64,000 nucleotides of DNA. It comes from Nitrospirota bacterium (GTDB lineage Bacteria > Nitrospirota > UBA9217). The position numbers were made by a program, and so were the translations under genes. Below, piece after piece: positions 10,261 to 18,297 of the stretch (the stretch's first letter is position 1; the number at the start of each line of letters is the position of its first letter). The notes under the pieces were generated by a model. That model worked only from the letters and a program-made list of their open reading frames with translations. It had not been told where the DNA came from and searched no databases. Location: positions 192,001 through 256,000 of the forward strand of contig CAVVOB010000028.1 of the NCBI GenBank assembly GCA_963749655.1, written 5' to 3'.

Positions 10261-11025
10261 TTATTGGTTCATTTGATACAGAAGGCGCAGCCCCTCAAGG
10301 GTGAGTTGAGGTCTGATGTCCCGGATGCTCCTGGTCTCGGGCGAAATGAGCTCTGCAAGGCCTCCGGTGGCGACGATCTTCGCATCCGGTGAAAGCTCCC
10401 GCTTCATGCGCTCCACGATGCCGTCCACGAGCCCCGCGTAGCCGTAGATGATCCCCGCCTGCATGGCACTGATCGTGTCGGGGCCGATAACCTTCTCCGG
10501 CTTGATCAGTTCGACGCGGGGCAGTTTGGACGCGCGCTGAAACAGCGCTTCGGCGGATATCTTCACGCCCGGACAGATCGCGCCGCCGAGATAGTTTCCG
10601 TCCTTCGTGACCGCGCAGAACGTCGTTGCCGTCCCGAAATCCACGATGATGATCGGCCCGCCGTACAACTTGTACGCAGCAGCGGCGTTTACGATCCGGT
10701 CCGCGCCGACTTCCTTCGGGTTATCATAGCGGATCGTGATTCCCGTCTTGAGCGCGTGCGTCACGACCATGGGCTCGATGCGGAAATACTTGCGTGAAAC
10801 CTCAACCATCACGGGCAGCAAGGGAGGCACAACCGTTGAGATGATGACGCCCGTGATCTGGGAGAATTCGGTGCCGGAAAATCCGAAGAGGTCCTTGAAG
10901 ATCATGGCGTATTCATCCGGCGTGATCTGCGTGTTCGTGCCGACGCGCCAGTTCTCGACGAGCCGTTCCTTGTCGAACACGCCGAGGACCACGTTGGTGT
11001 TGCCGATGTCGATGGCTAAAAGCAT
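10261..11025 (-). CDS. coaX: Type III pantothenate kinase
   Basis: LAIDIGNT, GADR, VDFGTAT, ATGG; AGGAG RBS before ATG 11025. Confidence 0.93.
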   Translation of the reverse strand: MLLAIDIGNTNVVLGVFDKERLVENWRVGTNTQITPDEYAMIFKDLFGFSGTEFSQITGVIISTVVPPLLPVMVEVSRKYFRIEPMVVTHALKTGITIRYDNPKEVGADRIVNAAAAYKLYGGPIIIVDFGTATTFCAVTKDGNYLGGAICPGVKISAEALFQRASKLPRVELIKPEKVIGPDTISAMQAGIIYGYAGLVDGIVERMKRELSPDAKIVATGGLAELISPETRSIRDIRPQLTLEGLRLLYQMNQ

Positions 11026-11041
11026 GGCACAACTCCTGAAA

Positions 11042-11175
11042 TCAGCCACGAATTTCACGAATTTTCACGAAGAAGACGTTTAAATCTGACGACATAAGGC
11101 AAAAGCTCTTGTCTTTACTAGTAGAAATCCTTCTCTAGCTTTCATTCGTGGAAATTCGTGTTAATTCGTGGCTGA
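11042..11175. repeat. Inverted-repeat element with arms of three CACGAA(T) units (9-10 nt period)
   Basis: tcagccacgaatttcacgaattttcacgaa ... ttcgtggaaattcgtgttaattcgtggctga; AT-rich spacer. Confidence 0.85.
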
Positions 11176-11182
11176 CATGGTT

Positions 11183-12157
11183 TTACGATTTTTTCAGTAT
11201 CGTCACATCCCCCGCGGCCACCGTGCGCAGGGTCCCGTCGTCCTGCCTGATGACAAGCCTTCCTTCATCGTCGATCTGCTCTGCGATTCCGGCAATCGTC
11301 TCGCCGGTCCCGCCCACGGCAACACGGTTGCCTGTCGTGATATTGAGCCGTTCCCATTCTTTGAGAACAGCATGCGGGTGATCGAGAAACGCATGGTACC
11401 ACCGTTCAAGTTCCCTCAGAATCTCCTGCACCAGTGCTGCCCGGTTGAGGCGATGCCCGGTTTCGGTCTGGAGCGTGGTCGCGATCTGGCGGAGTTCTTC
11501 CGGCAGCTCACCGGTATCCATGTTCACGTCCACGCCGATTCCGAGCACGATGTGCCTGATCCGGTCCTGTTCGGCGCTCATCTCCGTGAGGAGGCCGCAT
11601 ACTTTCTTCCCGTTGATGAAGATATCGTTCGGCCACTTGATGCCGGCCGCAATTCCGCATTGTTTGCCGATGGCAGTCGCCGCGGCCACTGCACCCATCA
11701 AGGTAACGAGCGGCGCCTTGTGCAGTGGAACGTCGGGCCGCAGCACGACGCTCATATACAGATTGCCCTTCGGTGAGATCCATCGCCTGCCGCGCCGGCC
11801 TTTCCCTCCGGTCTGCGTCTCGGCGATCACGATCGTGCCCTCAGCCGCGCCGTGGGAAGCCAGCTCCATGGCTTGCGTATTCGTCGAGTCGACCTGCGGC
11901 AACAGACGCACGTCCCTGCCCATGACCCGGGTCCTGAGCCCTGCCGTGATATCGCTCCGGCGCAGCACATCGGGCTCGGATGTGATCTTGTATCCTCGGG
12001 ACGGGACCGCCTCAATGCCGAATCCGTCACGCTCCAGCGACTTGATATACTTCCACACCATGGTGCGGGAGATGCCGGTTTTCCGTCCCAGCTCCTCGCC
12101 GGAAAGAAATGCTGCCTGCGATGAACGAAGCAGGTTAAGGATTTTGTCTTTATACAT
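11183..12157 (-). CDS. birA: Bifunctional biotin ligase/repressor
   Basis: N-terminal HTH (SGEELG..GISRT.VWK), DSTN, GKGRRGR.W, IKWPND, K.CG.L. Confidence 0.95.
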   Translation of the reverse strand: MYKDKILNLLRSSQAAFLSGEELGRKTGISRTMVWKYIKSLERDGFGIEAVPSRGYKITSEPDVLRRSDITAGLRTRVMGRDVRLLPQVDSTNTQAMELASHGAAEGTIVIAETQTGGKGRRGRRWISPKGNLYMSVVLRPDVPLHKAPLVTLMGAVAAATAIGKQCGIAAGIKWPNDIFINGKKVCGLLTEMSAEQDRIRHIVLGIGVDVNMDTGELPEELRQIATTLQTETGHRLNRAALVQEILRELERWYHAFLDHPHAVLKEWERLNITTGNRVAVGGTGETIAGIAEQIDDEGRLVIRQDDGTLRTVAAGDVTILKKS

Positions 12158-12238
12158 AGCTCGGGACCTGGGCTGGCTGCCGGAGACATCAACTTCGCCG
12201 TGCTCTCCTGGACCCTGTCAACAGGACCCCGGGCCCTG

Positions 12239-13072
12239 TCACTTTATCTTCATACTGATATCCGCCGCCGGCGCGGAATGGGTAAGGCTACCCGAGGAAA
12301 TGAAGTCTACGCCGGTCTCAGCGATGGCGCGGACGGTTTCGAGCGTCACATTGCCCGATGCCTCGATAAGAGCCCGGCCGGCGATCAGCTTGACGGCCCC
12401 GAGCATAAGGTCGATTGGCATGTTGTCGAGCATGATGATGTCCGCCCCCGCATTCAAGGCCTCTCGGACTTCGTCCAGCGTTCCTGTCTCGACCTCAATC
12501 TTGAGCAGGTGGTGCGCCGACTGCCGCGCCCGCTCGACGGCCCGCGTGATGCCGCCGGAGGCTTTAATATGGTTGTCCTTGATCAGCGTGCCGTCGAAGA
12601 GGCCGAAGCGGTGGTTCTTTCCACCCCCCATGCGCACAGCATACTTTTCAAGCCGGCGCAGGCCGGGAAGCGTTTTCCGCGTGTCCAGGATCTCGGCCTT
12701 CAGGCCGTTGATCCGCTCCACGTATTTCGCCGTGAGCGTCGCAATGCCCGACAGGTGCTGGAGCATGTTCAGCGCAACGCGCTCGCCGGCAAGCAGTGCC
12801 CGCGTATTTCCCGACAGTTTTGCGATCTCCGTTACTGCGTGTATCCGTTCGCCGTCCCTTGCATAGGAGGCAAACTGGATCTCAGGATCGACACGTCGGA
12901 ACACTTCGCGCGCGATGTCCAGGCCGGCCAGGACCAGTTCCTGTTTTACCAGCACCACGGCTGTGGAGCTTGCATCCGGCCGGATCGTCGCATCGGACGT
13001 CACGTCGCCGTTGCCGATGTCTTCGGCAAGGGCGCGTTCTATGAGATCTGCAAGAGAGCGGTCTTTGTGCAT
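12239..13072 (-). CDS. nadC: Nicotinate-nucleotide pyrophosphorylase (carboxylating)
   Basis: ALAEDIG.GDVT, DTRKT.PG, NHR.GL.D, IKDNH, IMLDN. Confidence 0.95.
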   Translation of the reverse strand: MHKDRSLADLIERALAEDIGNGDVTSDATIRPDASSTAVVLVKQELVLAGLDIAREVFRRVDPEIQFASYARDGERIHAVTEIAKLSGNTRALLAGERVALNMLQHLSGIATLTAKYVERINGLKAEILDTRKTLPGLRRLEKYAVRMGGGKNHRFGLFDGTLIKDNHIKASGGITRAVERARQSAHHLLKIEVETGTLDEVREALNAGADIIMLDNMPIDLMLGAVKLIAGRALIEASGNVTLETVRAIAETGVDFISSGSLTHSAPAADISMKIK

Positions 13073-13089
13073 GATAAGAATGATCCGGG

Positions 13090-15823
13090 CTACCCCAGCA
13101 TCTTCAGGCTCTGTTCGAGCTTCTCCCGTTTTGCTTTGAAGTCTTCGAGCTTTGCCGTGTCCTTCTCGACCACTGCCTTCGGCGCCTTGTCAACGAACTC
13201 TTTGTTCGAGAGTTTCCTGGAGAACGTTTCGATGTCCTTGGAGATCTTCGCGATCTCTTTCTGGAGCCGGTCGCGCTCCTGGGTCAGGTCGAGGACCCCT
13301 TCAAACGGCACGTAGATTTCCGCCCCCTTGATCACTCCCGTGGCGGCTGCCTTGGGTTTTGCTTCACGAACACCGATACGAAGCTCATTGATACGCGCGA
13401 GCGTCTTCAGGTATCCGGCGCTTGCCGCCAGGTGCTCGCCGACCTTCGCGTCCTCGACATTCACGATCGCCTTGATCTGCAGCGAGGGCGCTATGTTCAT
13501 TTCTCCGCGGATGTTCCTGATCGCCAGGATCGCATCCATGACCATCTGCATGTCCTGTTCGATCCCGGCATCAATCAGTTTTTCATCGGCCTGGGGATAG
13601 GCTGCAACCATGATGGATTCGCATTTGCCTTCCTGCTTGTCATTCCGCATTCCCCATTCCGCATTCCGCACTGACTCGGGAAGGGTCTGCCAGATTTCCT
13701 CGGTAATAAAAGGCATGATCGGATGCAGCATGCGGAGCGTCGTCTCCAGAACGTGGGCGAGCACGGTTTGCGCCGCTTTTCGTTGAAGAGATCCCTTTTC
13801 CTCGTTTAACGCATTCTTTGAAAGTTCAAGATACCAATCGCAGTACTCATGCCAGATGAACTGGTACAACCCTGAGGCAACATCGTTAAACCGGTATTCC
13901 GTGAGTGCGGCCTGCATGTCCCGGGTCACGGAATTGAGACGCGAGAGAATCCATTTATCGGCAAGAGAGGTGTGGGGAGTCTCGAGCTCGGTGCTCGGAA
14001 CAAATCCCTCTTCCAGGTTCATGATAACGAACCGGCTCGCATTCCAGATCTTGTTCGCGAAGTTCCGGTAGCCCTCGATGCGCTCCGTGGACATCTTGAT
14101 GTCACGGCCCTGGGCCGCAATAGCCGTCAGCGTAAAGCGGAATGCATCGGTGCCGAACTGGTCGATCATCACGAGCGGATCGATGACGTTGCCCTTGGAC
14201 TTGCTCATCTTCTGGCCTTCGGCATCGCGAATCGAGCGCATGGATGTACACATGCCTGAAGGGCACTTCGTTCATGAAATGAAGCCCCATCATGATCATC
14301 CGGGCGACCCAGAAAAAGATGATGTCGAGGCCGGTCACGAGAACGGACGTGGGATAGTAGAACGCAAGCTCCCGGGTCTTCTCAGGCCATCCCAGCGTTG
14401 AAAAAGGCCAGAGAGCCGACGAAAACCACGTATCGAGTACGTCGGTCTCCTGACGGAGGTTCTTGTTCCCGCACTTCTGGCAGGCCGTCGGATCAGTGCG
14501 ACTGACCGTTATCGTGCCGCAGTCATCGCAGTACCAGGCAGGAATGCGGTGCCCCCACCAGATCTGGCGCGATATGCACCAGTCCTTGATGTTCCGCATC
14601 CACTCGAAATAGGTGTTCTCCCAGGGCTTGGGATAGAACCTGATCCGGTCTTCCTCAACCGCCTTGACCGCAGGCTCTGCGAGCGGTCCTGTTTTCACGA
14701 ACCACTGGGGAGACAGGAACGGCTCCACCACCGTCTTGCAACGGTAGCATTTGCCGATGGCGTGGTCGTGGTCCTCGGTTTTGATCAGGTAGCCCCGCTC
14801 CTGAAGCAGCTCGACAATCATACCGCGCGCTTTTTTTGTCGGCTTGCCTGCGACAAGTTTCATCACGTCGGGCAGCACATCGGGGATGTCGGTCAGGATC
14901 TCGGCCTTATCGTCGAGCATCTTGATGCGCGCCAGGTTAGGGATCTGGCGCTGGGCCGCCTCGGCGTCGTTGAAATCATGGGCCGGCGTCACCTTGACGG
15001 CGCCGGTGCCGAATTCGAGGTCCACGAGGATGGAATCACCGATGATCGGTACCTGGCGCGTGGTGAGCGGCAGGTCGATGGTCTTGCCGATGAGGTCCTT
15101 GTGCCGCGGGTCGAGTGGGTGCACGGCCACGGCAGTGTCGCCGAACATGGTCTCGGGCCGCGTCGTGGCCACCGTCAGCCGGATATTATGATCATGGCTC
15201 AGGGGATAGGCTATGTAATAGAGCTTGCCCTTCTCGTTCTCGTGTTCGACTTCGATGTCCGACAGGGCCGTATGGCAGCGCGGGCACCAGTTGATAAGCC
15301 GCTCGCCGCGGTAGATGAGCCCCTCTTCGTACAAGCGGACGAAGACCTCGCGCACGGCCTTCGACAGGCCTTCGTCCATGGTAAAGCGCTCGCGCTCCCA
15401 GTCGCAGGAGGCGCCGAGCCGCTTCAGCTGGCTGATGATCCTGCCGCCGTACTCCTTCTTCCACTCCCAGACCTTCTCGATGAACTTTTCCCTGCCGAGG
15501 CTGTGCCGGTCGATGTGGTCCTTCGCGAGCTGGCGCTCGACAACGTTCTGCGTGGCGATGCCCGCATGGTCCGTTCCCGGCATCCAGAGCGCGTTCCTGC
15601 CCGACATGCGCATCCAGCGGATAAGAATATCCTGAAGGGTATTATCGAAAGCATGGCCGACGTGAAGCTGGCCGGTGACGTTCGGAGGGGGAATCACAAT
15701 ACAGTACGGCGACCCGCCCTTGTCGACGTCGGCGTGAAAATAGTTTTTCCGGAGCCAGAAGTCGTACCACTTCTGCTCAACGGATTTCGGATCGTAGGAC
15801 TTGGATAGTTCCCTGATGGACAT
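13090..15823 (-). CDS. valS: Valine--tRNA ligase (one +1 indel at ~14232, likely sequencing error)
   Basis: PPPNVTG.LH.GH, WCISRQ.WWGH, KMSKS, C-terminal coiled coil. ORFs 14102..15823 and 13090..14253 join as [15 protein letters not shown] when one G is removed. Confidence 0.95.
13641..13671. repeat. Heptamer tandem repeat (CATTCCG x4) within the valS coding sequence
   Basis: cattccg cattccc cattccg cattccg cac; encodes [10 protein letters not shown]. Confidence 0.8.
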
Positions 15824-15902
15824 GCAAAGAGCTCCTTCTGTTCAAAACGTATTGATCGCGGAGAACGCGTCCATCCTGTCCCCCGGGAAATTGCCTCTTC
15901 AA

Positions 15903-15932
15903 TAAAAAATAGGGGAGCGAGTCCCCTATCTT
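15903..15932 (-). terminator. Putative intrinsic terminator downstream of the romR-like gene
   Basis: atagggga/tcccctat stem with a U-tract on the minus strand. Confidence 0.55.
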
Positions 15933-16035
15933 GTCTGCGTGCTTCCTGCCTGCGCGCCGCTCGTATGCCCCTGGAGAAAACCGGCACCGCGCTGTGGAGG
16001 GTCCAGGGAAAACTGCATCACGAACGGGGCTTTTT

Positions 16036-17439
16036 TTACTGTAAAGCCTTCAGCCGCTCGATCTCTTCTTTAATCAGATTCTCCGCAAGCTGCGGGATCA
16101 CTTCCCAGGCAACCTGTTCGATGACCTCGCGGGCAATTTGCCGGGTGATGGCGCCCACGGCTTCCTGAATCCCCCGCCGTACTGTATCCTCCGAAATTTT
16201 CGGAATGGGCGGCGTCATGTCCTTGAAGATCTCGACGGCCATTTTCGAAATGGTTTCTTCAGCAATACCGCGGAGCTCCTCTGACGGGATCGCGGCAGGC
16301 CGGGCGGCGGAGACGCCCTCCAGGGATGCCTTCACGGTCTTGGCAGCGACCTCTTCCATCATGCTCCTGAGCGCGCCGTCCGATACCTGCGGAGCTGCGG
16401 GCTGGGGCATTTCGGAAAAGACCTCTCTGGCCATCTTGGCGACTTTCTCCTCCGCCATTCCCCACAAGTCGCTCGCTGAAAGTGAAGGTACGGGAATTTT
16501 CGCAATGGCTTCCTGCGCCATCCTTGCCATCGTTTTTTCCGCCATGATCCGCAGTTCCGCCTCCGGCAGTGCAGGCGCAGCAACAGCCGCCGGCGCCGGG
16601 GTAGCAGGCTTCTTCGGCAGTGTCGGCGTCTCAACAGGAGGCTCCATCTCCATGGCCGCGGCCAGCGATTCAAAGGGAACGATTTCGCCCTTCATGTCCT
16701 CTTCCGTATCAGAGAGACCCAATCCAGCCCGTATCTCTTCAACGGCCCTCGGGCCGGTCGGCAGGGCCTTCTCCACTTCCCGCGCCAGCGACGCTGCAAC
16801 CTCTTCGACCTCCGCTTCTACCTCGTAGACCGCGTCTTCGGAGATGGGCGGAGCGGGGGCTGCGGCAGCCGCTTTCCTGATCTCTGCATCACTCGGTGCT
16901 TCCTGGATTATCTCGAAAATGTCCGAAGGCGTTGACGGTTTTTTCGGCTTGGAGAACGAGGGCGGGGCCTCGGGAGCTGCGGCTTTCGGCACACGGGGTT
17001 CCGCGAACGGTTTCGACGCAGGAGGTTCCGGAGCCGCCGGACGGGGTGCCGGTTCAGCCAGCCGCGGCGGAGCGGCAGCGAGCGCCTTTTTGACCTTGCC
17101 GATCAGCTCCTGAGACTCGAAGGGCTTGGCGATATTGTCGAGGATCCCGGCCTGCTTGCCCTTTACGGAATCATATACATCGTCCCTGCTCATCATGAGG
17201 ATGACCGGCAGCGACGCCAGCTGGGGGGTCTGCTTCATGCGGGAAGCCAGGGCATACCCGTCGACGCGCGGAAGATCGACGTCGACAAGCACCACATCAG
17301 GGCTGACCCGCGCAGCCTCGCTCAGGGCCGTTTCGCCGTCACTGACGCAGAGCACTTCGTAGTCCCGTCCGGAAAACAGCATTTCCACCACCTTCTGGAT
17401 GGTGATGCTTTTATCGGCGAGCAGAATCTTAACCGGCAT
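16036..17439 (-). CDS. romR: RomR-like response regulator (receiver, Pro/Ala-rich linker, repeated helices, conserved C-terminal domain)
   Basis: 'ILLADKSITIQKVVE..F' receiver and C-terminal 'REVIEQVAWEVIPQLAE.LIKEEIERL' resemble Myxococcus RomR; lies next to valS. Confidence 0.72.
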   Translation of the reverse strand: MPVKILLADKSITIQKVVEMLFSGRDYEVLCVSDGETALSEAARVSPDVVLVDVDLPRVDGYALASRMKQTPQLASLPVILMMSRDDVYDSVKGKQAGILDNIAKPFESQELIGKVKKALAAAPPRLAEPAPRPAAPEPPASKPFAEPRVPKAAAPEAPPSFSKPKKPSTPSDIFEIIQEAPSDAEIRKAAAAAPAPPISEDAVYEVEAEVEEVAASLAREVEKALPTGPRAVEEIRAGLGLSDTEEDMKGEIVPFESLAAAMEMEPPVETPTLPKKPATPAPAAVAAPALPEAELRIMAEKTMARMAQEAIAKIPVPSLSASDLWGMAEEKVAKMAREVFSEMPQPAAPQVSDGALRSMMEEVAAKTVKASLEGVSAARPAAIPSEELRGIAEETISKMAVEIFKDMTPPIPKISEDTVRRGIQEAVGAITRQIAREVIEQVAWEVIPQLAENLIKEEIERLKALQ

Positions 17440-17878
17440 GGAGCAACCTTTCAAAGTCGAGGATCGTGACTTCCTGGTCGTCGTCGAAGACGACGCCGCG
17501 CGTAAGGTTTGGATCGATTCCCGGCGTCTTCGCGGCGGATATGGACGGTTCTTCGAGACTCACCATCTTGGTTACGCCGTCCACGATTATGCCGAAGGGA
17601 ACCTTGTTTTCTTCGAGTAAAATGATGCCCTGTCCCGGCGCGCTCGGTTCCCGGGTTTCGGCAGTGAACCCGATCGGGCCCGGCTTGCTCAGCCCGAGGC
17701 GCTGGGCCAGATTAAAGACCGGATAAATGGTCCCCCGGTAGTCGATCAGCCCGTCGATATAGGAATAGGCGAGCGGCACCCGCCGCGCCGGACGCCAGGG
17801 CAGGATTTCTATCGCTCCGCTCAAGCGTACGCCGAAAGACCGGCCGGCCAGGGAAAATATAAGATACCTGCTCGTCAT
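17429..17878 (-). CDS. cheW: CheW-like coupling protein
   Basis: 'GLIDYRGTIYPVFNL', 'FGIIVDGV'. Confidence 0.8.
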   Translation of the reverse strand: MTSRYLIFSLAGRSFGVRLSGAIEILPWRPARRVPLAYSYIDGLIDYRGTIYPVFNLAQRLGLSKPGPIGFTAETREPSAPGQGIILLEENKVPFGIIVDGVTKMVSLEEPSISAAKTPGIDPNLTRGVVFDDDQEVTILDFERLLHAG

Positions 17879-18285
17879 GGCAGCAGCCCATCCTCGTTCA
17901 AGAGGAGTACCAGGCTGTCTTTGTGCCGAAGGATCCCGCGATAGTATTGCAGGCTCGGGTTCATGATGCCGGCCGGCAGGGGTGTCGCCTGCTGGGCCGT
18001 ATCCATGATTTCCGTAACCGAATCCACGAGGAGCCCCAGAACCCCTTTGGCGCAGCGGACAACCAGGAGCGCCGCGCCCGGCGGACCGGAAATCTTAAAA
18101 ACCTTTTTTACGTCCATCACCGGGATCGTTTTTCCGCGGTGCACGATCTTCCCCTCGAAAAGCTCCGTCAGTTTTGCGTCCTTCTGGAGATTGCGCGGAA
18201 CGGAGATCTCGATCAGCTTCGTGATGGGCAGGGCATAATTGTCGCCGCCCAGTGATAATATCAGAAATCGGGAGCTGTCGTCCAT
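17875..18285 (-). CDS. cheW: CheW-like coupling protein
   Basis: 'YALPI', 'G....RGKTIPVMD', 'GLLVDSV'. Confidence 0.8.
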   Translation of the reverse strand: MDDSSRFLILSLGGDNYALPITKLIEISVPRNLQKDAKLTELFEGKIVHRGKTIPVMDVKKVFKISGPPGAALLVVRCAKGVLGLLVDSVTEIMDTAQQATPLPAGIMNPSLQYYRGILRHKDSLVLLLNEDGLLP

Positions 18286-18297
18286 AGGTTCCTGCGA

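Noticed and set aside
11042-11175. CRISPR array interpretation of the CACGAA or heptamer repeats
   Set aside because: Units are 7-10 nt, contiguous and arranged as inverted arms. There are no 25-40-nt repeats with unique spacers and no cas genes.
12160-12240. Another heptamer inverted-repeat element between nadC and birA (ggaccct/ggacccc/gggccct)
   Set aside because: Too degenerate, and the partner arm is unclear by eye.
14225-14240. Programmed frameshift or pseudogene in valS (likewise icd and DUF169)
   Set aside because: There is no slippery site at the valS break, the gene is essential, and similar indels are scattered through the window; sequencing error is more likely.
15824-16035. T-box leader upstream of valS
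   Set aside because: No T-box consensus (GGTGG.ACC.CG) was recognised on the minus strand; only a terminator-like hairpin.
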